DNA from: Octopus vulgaris
Taxonomy: Eukaryota
DNA length: 64,000 nt
Assembly: GCA_951406725.2 (NCBI GenBank)
Contig: OX597823.1
Coordinates: 33,232,001 to 33,296,000, forward strand
Direction of reading: 5' to 3'
The notes beneath the pieces were generated by a model. It saw only the letters and a program-made list of their open reading frames with translations. It was not told the origin of the DNA and did not search any database. A program made the position numbers and the translations under genes. How positions within the stretch are numbered: the stretch's first letter is position 1; the number at the start of each line of letters is the position of its first letter. Positions 26,276 through 38,722 of this stretch are shown in pieces.

Positions 26276-26933
26276 TGTATATGACAGGTCTTATCAAATT
26301 TCTTTCAACCACTTGAAATATTTTATATATTCAACAGATTATCTTCAAAAAATGTAGTTTTACATGATGAAGGCAAAAATTTCTTCTAGAAATTAATAAT
26401 AATATCAATGTAGAAAATTTGAAAAAAAACTGGTGAAAATTTGAAATATTTCATTTTAGAAAATTACTATTTTTAAGTTTCACAATGAGAGGTATTCAGC
26501 AACAGTACTTTGTAGCAAAGATTATTTGCCAACATAACATGACAGTCCTTGTTTAGGACAAATGTTGCTGTAATTTAGCCCCAGGAGACATCATCTCCAG
26601 CTGGCTATATAACACGATCTGCTATGTTATGTTGGCAAAATTCTATATTTCAAGTAGTGGGAAGAAATTTAACCCTATATGACTAAAATACAGCAGATGT
26701 GGCTGCTGTTTCAAGCAGTGAGAGACTTTCAATGGAATACTCACCACTTCCATATTTGGGATGGTGTTGTACATACAAACACCCTAGACTACAAAAGGTC
26801 ATCTACCTCATTATAAAAACTCACACTCAACACACTACAACCTCTCATTCCCCGACCACACATAATGGTTCCTCTCACTACTACTACTACTACTACTACG
26901 ATGACGACGACTACTACTACCACCACCACCACC

Positions 26934-26964
<31 letters not shown>

Positions 26965-27227
26965 TTGTGATAATTTGCTGTTCAGGATTAGCTAGGTGTT
27001 AACCACCACTGCAGCAGTGGTGTGTACATAATAGTAGTATGTACATGTATGTGTGATGGTGGTGGTAGTGGTAGTGAGGATGTTGTGAAGTGGTTGTTGG
27101 TGTTACATAACTTAATTCAGCTCTGATCAAGCAGATAACATCAAAGGTGTTCCAACTGTGACTAACCTGAGAAAAAGTCTTCTGCTATAATTCTGAGTGG
27201 ATTTGGTAGATGGAAACTGAAAGAAGC

Positions 27228-28125
27228 CCATGATGTGATTTAGAGAGAATGTAATTGTATATATATATATATATATGATTTAAATATACAGAAAACCAAA
27301 GACAGGTGGACACATTTATATATCCTTCTAATGACAACCTTTTATCTTTAGAAAGGTAGGCCATCTTACAATAATTCCACTTGTCATTACGTTACTTAGC
27401 CTGTTGGTAACACTTTCACGTGATTAGAGGAAAAGAGGGAGAGAGAAGCGTCCATGATGTGATTTAGATAAACATGTCTGGTCATGGGGCGGGGGAATAT
27501 TACCTTATTTGGAAACAGGTGAAGGTTGGTGACAGGAAGAGCATCAAGCTGTAGAAAATCTCACTCATCAAATCTCGTATGACCTTTGTAAGAATGGAAA
27601 AGGGAACATTTAAATGTCGTTAATGATGATGATGTATGCATGTATGTATGTGTGTGTGTGTATGTATGTGTGTATGTGCGTGCGTGTATGTGTGTGCGTG
27701 TGATGCCATCAGCAATGAGGAGATCAAACTTGAGATGTTTCTAAGAAAGAAATGGGTGTAGGAAATGGTCTTCATGAGTTGACTGCCATCATGAATTCCT
27801 GCATGTATGTATGTATATGTGTGTGTGTGTATGTATGTATCTAGCATGTGTATGCTCACATGTGTGTATGCCTGTGCATGTGCGCTAACACACACACACA
27901 CATTCACATACACTTGTGGACACATTTATATATGCATGCTTGAGTTGGAAATAGCAGCAAAATCTTCTTCTAATGACAACCTTTTATCTTTAGAAAGGTA
28001 GGCCATCTTATAATAATTCCATTTGTCATTACGTTACTTAGCCTGTCGGTAACACTGTCACGTGATTAGAGGAAAAGAGGGAGAGAGAAGCGTCCATGAT
28101 GTGATTTAGAGAGAATGTAATTGTA
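27228..28125. repeat. Local patchwork duplication
   Basis: 27325-27468 is nearly identical to 27967-28110; 27228-27259 equals 28094-28125; gtggacacatttatatat occurs near 27306 and 27916. Confidence 0.85.
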
Positions 28126-28302
28126 ACGCTTTCACGTGATTAGTTGAAGGGAAAGAAAGAACAAGAGAAAGAAAGGAGACAGAAAAAGAGGATAAAGCAA
28201 AGAGTGAGACAGAAAGAAAAATAGAGAGACAGAAAAGACAGAGAGACAAAAAGAGGGCGAGAGAAGCATCCATCACATGTGGTAGGGAGAATATAATTTT
28301 TA

Positions 28303-28988
28303 TGTAATTAAAAAAGTTATGCAGGCATGGCATGGATTCGATCCTCGATTGCCAAATTTTACTTAACAATTCAACAGCACTTTTCTCTCTGTAAAACATT
28401 TACATTTACCAGATGATTTGCTAAGCAGAATAATATCTTTGCCAATGACCCTTCTAATCTCTTCTAGGCTACCAAAAGTTAGAATAGAGATAACAGACTG
28501 CCAACGAAATCTATTGTTCTCAACAATATGTCCATCTTTCTAACTAGTTTTGGATAGTTATAAATACTAGAATTTGGCAAGGTGAAATTAGTTTGTGAAC
28601 AGACAACTAGAGTCATAGTCACAAGCAGGCAGCCACTAAAGACAAATGGCCAGAGGGAGAAAGAAGGTTACAACCAGCCAACTATGAGACACAACTTCCC
28701 TCGACTCTATAACTTTCACTAACTCACTTTCTTTTCTCTATAATATTACCATATCTCTATCTATAAACTACTATGAGATTGTGTACAGGATCTTTTCCAT
28801 CTCAAGCACAGATTTTTTAATCCCCAACCTGTCATGATTTTAGAATTATACAAAGTAACGGTAAATAAATATTTCTTTACAACTTTAATCACTGTTCTTC
28901 TTCCATCTTGCATACTGTCAACCAACACCTTAACAACAACTGTTACAAATTGGTGACCCTCGACTTCAACGAGGAACTAACCGTTACA
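28303..28988 (+). mobile_element. Solo-LTR-like element with tRNA-Trp primer-binding site
   Basis: TGTAA...TTACA termini, TATAAATA 28559, AATAAA 28864; TGTTACA-aat-TGGTGACCCTCGAC at 28941-28964 (tRNA-Trp PBS is TGGTGACCCCGAC). Confidence 0.65.
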
Positions 28989-29059
28989 AATATAATTTTA
29001 GCAGAGGGGTGATGGTTCTGATGGTGAAATTAAAGAAAGGCAGAGAGAGGAAGAGAGAG

Positions 29060-30700
29060 AGGAAAACATCTGAAATTACAACTGCATATTTTCCTTTACA
29101 TTATTTGGTATGAAACTCTTTGTGCCACCAGGAAGAAGTCCATATTGTTTCTGTATTCAGGGTCAAAATTACTACAACACTACGAACCTGCATCCTGTCA
29201 ATGGTCGCCTGCAGTATGGCCAGTTGTATATTATTGATGCAAATGAAGCTGTGCAACACAGAATGGGAGCACCCCAGAACTCAGAATGCTCCCCACAAAC
29301 AATGGCTGCCATTAATGATGTTATGCAACAAATCCTTATGCTGAGTTATTTAGGAACATGCCCTTAATTGAATAACAAGATAATGAACGTGCCAGAAGTG
29401 AAAATGTACCATTATGAAAGTGTGAACTACACTTCAGAAGAGGGGCTGATATAAGGCATTACAATTTTCCTACAAGCAATGAAATAGCTGCAGTGTTTGT
29501 TGGTGAAAACAGTAGCGGCTCGTGTATAGGCACTGCGGAACTGCAGCACTCTCTATTTCTATTTGATATTATCGATAACATTCAATATAATGAGTTCTTT
29601 TTTCTTTAATTCTTTCTTTATACTTGTACATTATATAATCCTTAAGCTTAATGTCAATAGCCATCCCATAGTTTATGAAAAAAAATACAAAAATCCTTGT
29701 ATAGAACTGTGCGCTTCATAGTTCCAGTGCCGCAGTGTTTGGCTGTTGTGCGCATGCTCACATGTCTGAGATAGGAAGCTGCATGCTAGGGAGAGATTGT
29801 ACTGTGGTGCATGCAGTGCCGACCCTGGTGTGCCGGGTGAAAGGTAGTGTTTATTTTTGACTTTGCGTGTGTTGGGCTTAAAAACATGTTTATATTCTTG
29901 AATGTAATAAAGTGTAGAATTAGATTATTATCCTGCTTCCAGCTACAGTGTTGCTGCCATGATTTGAAAATTAGGGAGGATTCCCCACCCACCACTTATT
30001 TTGTGATTTAGGGGGGATTTTTGAAAAACAAGGGGGAATTTGCGGCGGTGTTCAGTGAACAAATTAAACACACTACCAGGTAGTGGCTAAAACGTGAACC
30101 GATCAAGTTGATGTATGAATTTTCTTTTTATATGTTTGTTTCCTTTTACACAATATTAAGAAAATGGCTAAAAATTTTGTGAAACTGCACCCCAACTAAT
30201 TTTATCTACGAGCCGCCACTGATCCCAAGAATACACTTCCAGAGAGATTCGCATACACATCGTGCCATTTAGATCCAATGGATTATGCACTTCTGTTCCC
30301 TCATGGAGAATTCCTATGACACTGCGAGACGCTACATGTGACGGAACACAGAACACCCGCTCGTAATCGGCCCACGATGCAATGGTGTGCAACAGATATC
30401 GTCTTGTTTTCAGAGGAGGCTTCAGTATCATTCCCAGAGCTGCAAAGCTATTTCAACAGTACTTAGTGGGTGTTTATGTGAAGATTGAGGGAAGCAGATT
30501 GCAACGGTCAGGCTCAGTACAATGGACTTATGGTCTACCTTCACAGAGGAATGTTGAGCCAGGAGTGGGGCTATGAGACATTTACAGGCAGTCCCCGGAA
30601 TATGTATCAGTATTATCAGGCTGCATGGCGGTTGTCGTAAAGTATGGCAAACCTGTCTTATTTGTCACATATACATGTAACCCTAAGTGCCATGAAATAG
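29060..30700 (+). pseudogene. Decayed Helitron RepHel fragment (Rep N-terminal region)
   Basis: PGRSPYCFCIQGQ...YGQLYIIDANEA, PTSNEIAAVF, LDPMDYALLFPHGE, KLFQQYLV..YVKIEGSRL, FTGSPRNMYQ...GKPVLFVTYTCNP; multiple frameshifts. Confidence 0.9.
29510..30221. mobile_element. Non-autonomous TIR element nested in the Helitron fragment
   Basis: Termini CAGTAGCGGCTCGTG / TACGAGCCGCCACTG (13/15 inverted match) interrupt the Rep homology; no TSD visible. Confidence 0.7.
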
Positions 30701-32039
30701 AAAGTAATGTGCAGAATAGATAATGAGTCCTACAAAAAAAGGATGGTTACAATTAGAATAGATCACGAGTAAACAACGTTTACAAACAAGCGAACACGTA
30801 TGAGCAGATACACGCATACGGAAATGTGAACATACACACAACTTACATGAAGCACGTGCGCACATGAACACGTATACATACACACACACACACACGAAAC
30901 ACATACACACACGAACGCATGCGCGCAAACTCACATACACACGCAGTTTCTTCGCGCTGAAGTTTCATACCCGACAGTCTAAGGGAGATAACTCTGTTAA
31001 GTCTACATTTTCTAGAAACTTTTTTTTCTTGCAACATTTCGTTCCAGACGCTCCAACTGGCAACTCCCTTCGCCAAAACAACAAAATGAGAAGCGATTGC
31101 TTCTTCCTGATTCCTAATAAACTCTGTCAAACAGCAATGTCTCTCCTAGTTATCTCCTTTAATTCAGTGTTTTCCACAGGGAGTTCTTTTACTTGTTTCA
31201 GTCATTTGATTGCGGCCATGCTGGAGCACCGCCTTTAGTTGAACAAATCGACCTCAGGACTTTTCTTTGTAAACCTAGTATTTATTCTATCGATCTCTTT
31301 TACAGAACCGCTATGTTACGGGGACGTAAACACACCAAGATCGGTGTCAAGTAATAATGGGGGAACAAATACAGACTCACAAATACATTTCTGAGTTCCT
31401 TTTGAGCGTTGGGCCCCACGGAGGCAATGACTGTGACCTTTGGCACTATGTCGTGCTTGAGAAGAAGATGCATTAAGCCAAGCAAAATCGCAATCATGAT
31501 AGATACCGGTGTCATGCAAATGGCACCCATGCTGACTCATTACACTCATGGAGTGGTTGGCATTAGGAAGGGCATCCAGCCATAGAATACCATGCCAAAT
31601 CAGACCGGAGTCTGCTGCAGCCTTTCAGCTTGCCAGTCCTGGTCAAACCATCCGACCCATGCCAGTATGGACAACAGACTCTAAATGATGATGATGATGA
31701 TGATGACATAGTGATGATGATGATGATGATAATATACAACAGGATCCTTCCAGTTTCTATCTACCAAATCCACTCACAAGGCTTTGGTCAGCCCAAGGCT
31801 ATAGTATAAGACACTTGCTCAAGGTGCCATGCAGTAGGACTGAACTATGACGAAAGAAAGATATATTTTCCGTAATTATAACACTACTGTGTACCCTGAT
31901 TAAAACAATATAGTAATATAATTTTAACATTGTGTACCCTGATTAAAATAACATGCTCTCTTGTCTAATGTGTATTTCTACATTCCATGCAGAACCATAA
32001 CTAACAACACCAAATCTTCCAAATGGTTTACTCATAACT

Positions 32040-32990
32040 GCAGAGCAGTTTTTTAGGCAAAGAACTCTGTGGTTTAAAAGGTGTGACATATCCGACAAGC
32101 CTTGTTATGGAAGGTGACCCACTCTGAATGATGACCTTTTGAATGAGACTATTGTATCAGATCCATGTCAAAGCACCAGAGATTTAGTGCAAAAAATTAA
32201 TGTGTCATGTTCAACTATTGGGCAAACATGCGAAGAGGGAATTTGGGTTCCACATGACCTTATGTTTGAGAACTGAACACAATGTTCCACCATCTGCAGC
32301 AGTCTTCTAACCAGGAATAACAACCTGTCATTTTTGCAGCACAATATTACAGGTGATGAAAAATGGGCTTTGCATCACAACAGAAAGCAAAAATGACAAT
32401 GATTTTCACATAATGAGAGGCCAGTGCCAACACCAAAACTAGAAACCTCTCCTTACTTTGTGTTTGGTGGAACATGAAAGGTATATGAGTTTCCTGGAAC
32501 ATGGAAAGACCATCAATGCAGATATCTATTGCCAACAAGTTGATTGTGTAAATGAAAAATTATGTTGAAAGGGGCTAACTTTTGTAAACAGAAAAGGTGT
32601 TATTCTCCAGCATGACAATGCACAACCACACTCTTCAAATGAAATCCGAGGAAAAATAAGATTGTTAGGATGGGAAGTTCCTCCACATTCTCCATACTCA
32701 TCTGACTTAGCAGCTATGGATTTCCACCTGTTTAGATTACATGAACATTTTATGAGAGGCAAAACATTCTGAAACAGAAAAGTTGAAAACAGTCATTCAG
32801 ACTTTTTTTTTTTTGTCAGGAAAAGAAATAAGTTTCTTTGAATGTGGCATAAAAAAGTTATTTTCCTGCTGGGCTGCAGTCATTGAAAAACGATGGTGAT
32901 TACATTCTTGATTAAAACTATTCAGATAAACATAGTTTACATTAGTTTTTATTTTCGAAACATCCTAATATACATATTTGTAAGGTTTTT
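32040..32990 (+). mobile_element. Decayed mariner element
   Basis: Fragments WVPHDL, ITGDEKW, LCVWWN, ILQHDNAQPH and PPHSPYSSDLAAMDFHLF. Confidence 0.85.
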
Positions 32991-33782
32991 TCTCTACAAA
33001 ATTGGGTATTTAACTGTGGAGTCAGTGAAAAATTGGATGTTTTCATCCTCATCTTCCTTATATATGTGTATATGTCAGGATACAGTCATATATGTGTATA
33101 TGTCAGGATACATTTCAGTCAGGATGTTATCTATCGCAACAGGTGCAGAGACTGCCTTTATTACATATATGGAAAGACCCCAAAAATTATTATTTTAAAA
33201 TCTCACAACGAGAGATATTCAGCAACAGTACATTGGATTAAAGTTTGCTTGCCAACATAACATGGCAGTCTTGGTTTAGGACGAATGTTGCTGTAATTTA
33301 TCCCCAGGAGACATCATCTCCAGCTGGCTATACGACACGATCTGTGTCCTTATATTTTTGAACAAGGGAATCTAGCAACCCCACTCAGCTCAAAACAAAA
33401 TCTGTGTATCGCGATTTAGTTGATTGTTTATAATTTATCCACGTGGTGGAGGGGTAGAGGTAGGTTTCCAGTGTTCATTCACATTTCAAAGTCTATTGTT
33501 GATGTTGTTATTGTTACTGCTGCTGCTATTGTTGTTGTTGTGAGTTGAGCTAACAGTTTATCATAACCGTGTGTTCTGTTTATATGAATCGGAGTAGAGT
33601 TCTGCTCTTGATTGTTACTTTCACTCCGTACAACAGTCAAAATGTAGTGAGAGCAACAATTAAGATGAGGACACCAGTTCGGCAAATATAAACAAAATAC
33701 ACAATATGTACGAATTCTTCATCTCACAAATATAGAATTGAGTTTATCATAGCATTAATTTAAATTTATTTTTAGAAGTTAA

Positions 33783-34295
33783 CTAGCAGTATCGCCCGGC
33801 GTTGCTCGGGTTTGTAAGGGAAATAACTATATAAGCATTTTTAGAGAGTTACTTCCCTTATAGATGCCAATTCGGGCTTTCTTAGCCATTTCTGTTTTGG
33901 TGTCTTCAAGCCATGAAGTCGTTGTTCTAAAAGAACGCTGGTCTCCTTGACAACGCTTTACGACGTTAATTTCCTTACACTCCCTTCCCCACAGCTTCAC
34001 GAGGGAGGAAAGAAGGGGGAGAAGCAAACAGGTGCAGGTGTGACTATGGACGCCAACTCCGCCGCCATCGACACACGAAAAATTATGCATTAAAATGGAA
34101 TAAAAAATGATGTTAAATTATTTTAAAAATCGTAGACTCATCGTAGACGCGCGCTAATACCCAGACGGGCTCGATATGAATCACGACTATAAGATACCCG
34201 AATTTGGTTAAACTGCACCGCAAAATGTGGGAGTAGTTAGGAATCTAAATCGTAGGAGACAGACACTCACACAACTACAGTTTTATATATATAGA
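33783..34295 (-). mobile_element. Young non-autonomous Helitron, 513 bp
   Basis: TC...hairpin-CTAG termini, A|T target; near-identical to 38723-39235 in the opposite orientation. Confidence 0.92.
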
Positions 34296-35415
34296 TATTC
34301 AAACAGGAAAGGCAGCAAGCTGGCAGAAACAGCACGCCGGGTGAAACGCTTAGCAGTATTTCATCTGTCTTTACGTTCTGTGTCCAAATTCCGCTGAGGT
34401 CGACTTTGCCTTTCATCCTTTCGGGGTTGACAAATTAAGTACCAGTTGCATACTGGGGTTGATCTTATCGACTGGATCCCCCTTCCCTCCCAAAACTTTC
34501 AGGTCTTGTGCCTAGAGTAGAAAAGAATATTCAAATAGGAAAGAAACACTAAAAAAACTGTACAGATGCATTTATCACCCCCCACCAGATTACCACCCTC
34601 TCTGTCCTCAGTACCCTTATAAAAGTATTGATTCCTTCCCCCAGCTGTAGGGTGGTGGTGGGGGTAGTAACACCCACTTTGAGAAAGACTGTCGGGTTTT
34701 CTTAATGTTGAAGGAAACTTGAGATAATCAAATGAAGGACAAAATCCCTCGTGTTTTAAATATAAAATAGAACCTCCCTTTCCATCCCCGCCCTGTTACT
34801 TTCAGTAATTATAAAAAAATCCATAATCTTCATCTTTTTTCTCTTTATTTGTTTCCCTTTAGACATTGGACTGTGGCCATGCTGGGGCAATACCTAGAAG
34901 GATGTAGTTGAACAAATTGACCCCTGGACTTAATCTTTATAAAGTCTGGGACTTATTCTATAGGTCTTTTTGTGCCAAACTGATAAGTTACAGGGCCATA
35001 AACCAACCAACACTGGTGGTCAAGTGATGGTGGTGGGGACAAACACAAACACACACACACACGTACACATACTTGCACAAATTCATACATACACACATAT
35101 ACATGCTGGGCTTCCACTGTTTCCATCTGCCGAATCCACTTGCAGGACATTGGTTGACCTAGGGCTATTGAAGAAGACCCTTCTCCAAGGTACTGTGCAG
35201 TGGATCTGAACTCATATTCCTGTGGTTGCAAAGCAAGCTTTTAAACCACCCATATCTGTCCCTGATTATTAAAATTTTCAAAAAGAAAAAAAAAAGTCAT
35301 TATAAATAGTTAATTAATTAATAAATTTATTAAAATTATTTAATTACAGTTATTAGCAGTAAGAGCATCAACGAAATGAAACCATTCAACTGGTCAGAAA
35401 TGTTTGCTGGAAGTA

Positions 35416-35456
35416 GTTACCTAGGCAACATAATCTGATTATGTTACCCAGGTAAC
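35416..35456. promoter_or_regulatory. Paired RFX X-box-like sites forming a 41-bp near-palindrome
   Basis: GTTACCTAGGCAAC (35416-35429) and GTTACCCAGGTAAC (35443-35456) both fit GTNRCC-N2-RGYAAC. Confidence 0.45.
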
Positions 35457-36525
35457 ATAATTGGTTATCTGTGTGTGTGTGTGTACGCGTATGTGTATGT
35501 GTGCATGTGTGTGTATATGTGTGTGTATATGTGCGTGTATGTGTGTGTATATGTGTATGTGCATGTGTGCGTGTATGTGTGTGTGTGCATGCATGTGTGT
35601 ATGTGTGCGCGTGCGTGTGTGTATGTGTGCGCGCGTGTGTGTGTATGTGTGCGTGTGTGTGTATGTCTGTGCGTGCATGCATATGTATGTGTGTGTATGC
35701 GTATGTGTGTATGTATCTGTGTGTATGTGTATATGTGTGTAAGTGTGTGTATGTATGTGTGTGTGTATATGTATGTGTGTGTGTGTGTTTGTGTGTGTGT
35801 GCATGCATGTGTACATGAACATTGTATAATAAGACTGTATGGAAGACATTATGTATGGAAGACATTATGAATAAAACATGCATTAATGCTCCCATTATAA
35901 ATGTATGTATCTATTTTACTGTGTAATGTCTGCATTAACACTTATTTAATGTTTAAATCAGCATTTTCCAATAAAGTTGACATTAATAAATCATACACAA
36001 CAGAAATACATTACCACTTTCCTTGTGTATGTGTAGCTGTCTATTTTATGTCAGTTTAAAATACTGTTCTGTGGGACATCCATTAACCCATTAGCATTTA
36101 AACCTGCCATTTCTGGACCAAATATTCTGTTGAAACATGTTAGATTCATCCTTTCATACCTGCCCTACAATGTCATCCTAAAAATAGACAGTCACCTCAT
36201 CGAAACATGGAGGCTATGAGACGATGTATGATTAAGTGAATAAATAAGCAATACATTTAACAAAATATTATTTTGGCCTTTTATTAATAGAATAACATAT
36301 TTGTTACATGCAACAGAAGCAGTATTACATTAAAATTGCTATCTGTGTATTATACTTAATGCAGATACATCACAAAATGCAAATTATTTATAGTATTTGT
36401 CCAGAGATGATATTCCTTATGGATATACTGAACTCAAAAACACCAAAATATACCAACAATAGATAAACATTTTCCAGTAGTGGTAGTGCTAGTTGCACCA
36501 TTTTGCCTTGTTGTGCTTTGTCTTC

Positions 36526-36570
36526 ATACTACTGACGAAGCCTAATGAGGCAGAAATACACATCTAGCAT
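36526..36570 (+). ncRNA. CpG-decayed minimal hammerhead
   Basis: ATACTA-CTGACGA-A-GCCT aatg AGGC-A-GAAAT-ACAC-ATC-TAGCAT; stem III reconstructs to GAAAC-GCGC-GTC by CpG transitions alone. Confidence 0.65.
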
Positions 36571-37723
36571 TTTCCCCATCATTGTTGGACAACTTTTGTC
36601 TGCTACTGATATAGTTTTGTGCATCTATAAGGGATATTATTCGCAGACAAATGTCTCAGATGATTTGCTATTATAAACGATACACAGAAGGTTATAATTA
36701 TGTATTCCTATATTTAAACAAAGCCCCAAATCTGTTGTGAAAGCATTTACAATCAAATGAATTGGTATTAATACATAACTGGTACTTACTTCATGGACCC
36801 TGGAGATATGAAACATAGTGTCAACCTCAATGGGACTTGAACTCAAATCGTAAACTGAAAGTTGGACAAAATTCCAAGATATTTAGTTTCAAATTTTGGT
36901 TTCATCACTTTCAGTTGAGCCCTGGAATTGATGCAATCAAATAGGCCCTCCTCACCGAAAATTTCAGACCTTCTGTTGAGAATTGAAAGTGTATTGGTAA
37001 AATCATTTTTGTGCATTGGAAAATATGCTTAGCACCATTTTGACCATTTTCATGTTCTGTGTTCCAATGCTGCTTGAGATCAGCTTTGTCTTTCATCCTT
37101 TCAGGGTCAAAGAAATAATACAAGTTGAGCAGGGGAGGGGTTGAGGCAATCAGCAACACCCCCTCACACTCAAAATCATAGGCCTTCTCCCTGACCACCA
37201 CCACCACCACCACCACCACCACTACCACCACCACTACCACTACTACAGACAGATCGAAGGAGGACAACAAGGGAGAAGGTGATTGCCTTTGTGGTCAGGG
37301 TAACTAGCTTTGGGGAGTTTCTGCGAGTAGCCATCAGAAATCTCCCTCTTCTGGGGAATTAGTTATTGCTTGGAATTCATTATTTTTTTGTTACTGTTAG
37401 TCGCCTTTCTATATGCATTTTCATGTACTCTCACATTGTACAAAGTTTTTCTGAACCATTTTGCCGTTAATAACTACCACCACCACCACCGCCACCGCCG
37501 TCGTTGTCATCGCCGTCATTATTAAGGCAGCGTGTTGGACGAAATGCTTAGCGGTATGTTGCCTATTGCACTACGTTCTGAGTTCAATTTCCACCGTGAT
37601 CGACTTTGCTTTTCATCCTTTGGTGGTTGGGTCGATAAATTAAGTATCAGTGAAACACTGGGGTCGATGTAATCGACTAGTCCTGTCCCCCAAATTTTCA
37701 GGCTTGTACTTTTAGTAGAAAGG

Positions 37724-37776
<53 letters not shown>

Positions 37777-37923
37777 CATTATTAGTAGTAGTAGTAGTAA
37801 CACCATTGGTCTGGGAAGAGTGGGTTCTGTTCCCGTTGCATTACAAGTAATGACATGTTAGTTCTCCTTCTTGGCCGGCCAGAAAATATAGCCACACTTT
37901 GAAGAGTAAGACTTCCCTCTTAC

Positions 37924-38000
37924 CTTGGAACGCGAGAAAGACATTTCAAGCGAATTATGCCAACTGTCTCAACGAAATCGATTAATTAAAATGATCAAAA
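37924..38000 (-). other. Candidate exon with 5' UTR and ATG (MSFSRSK, 37924-37944)
   Basis: Strong acceptor tcatttttgtcttttattggcag|, consensus donor AAG|gtaaga; stops in all frames upstream of the ATG. Phase 0 does not directly match the coding frame of exon 21406-21472. Confidence 0.45.
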
Positions 38001-38104
38001 CTGCCAATAAAAGACAAAAATGAAGACCCGAAATGTATAAAATGTAAGGGAGTTAACTCTCTTACAAGGGAAATAACCTTCCTTACAGTCTGCTAAAATT
38101 TCTT

Positions 38105-38290
38105 TGTGGCACATAGATATTGTATCACACGTTATTATATGGTGACACACATTGATTTATGGTGGTACACATTGATATATGGTGGCATACATTGAAATGT
38201 GGTAACATATATTGATTGATATACAGTGATACAGATAGTTATATAACAACACGCATTGTTATATAGACACTCAGTGATACATGGTGACGT
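38105..38290. repeat. Degenerate ~20-bp minisatellite
   Basis: Units resembling ggtggtacacattgatatat. Confidence 0.6.
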
Positions 38291-38652
38291 CCTTTATTTT
38301 TATAAGGAAAAGGATTGATGTGTGGTGACACACGCAGATATACAGATACGTATACCATTAACATCATGAGCACGACCAACTCCATCATCGTCATCGTTTT
38401 AACGTCAGCAATTTGCATGCTTGCATGGGTCGGATGGGATTCGTTGAGGGAGATTCTCTATGGCTGGGTGCCCTTTCGTATCTTAACACTCAGCTGCTTC
38501 CAAGCGCGGCAATAATTCCCCACGGGCAGACATTTCTTTCGTTGAGGATTGAGAATAAACATCATCGTCAGTATGACAGTGATGCTCGTTTAGAACCCTC
38601 ACATGAAGTCCAGACAAAGATATACCCACATCCACCCTACCACACATGTACA

Positions 38653-38717
<65 letters not shown>

Positions 38718-38722
38718 ATCTA

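Noticed and set aside
26746-26789. Minus-strand donor GTG|gtgagt with a 39- or 44-nt upstream segment
   Set aside because: Weak acceptors, and neither length gives the phase needed to join the downstream exons without a stop.
33827-34090. 87-aa ORF duplicated at 38928-39191
   Set aside because: Lies inside the non-autonomous Helitron; conservation reflects recent copying and no domain is recognisable.
35386-35895. Long ORFs of His/Thr, Val/Cys and Ile/Tyr dipeptides (also near 6.2k, 43.4k, 45.5k, 47.3k, 47.8k, 49.2k, 52.2k and 54.2k)
   Set aside because: Translations of (CA)n, (TA)n, (TATC)n and (CAC)n microsatellites, not genes.
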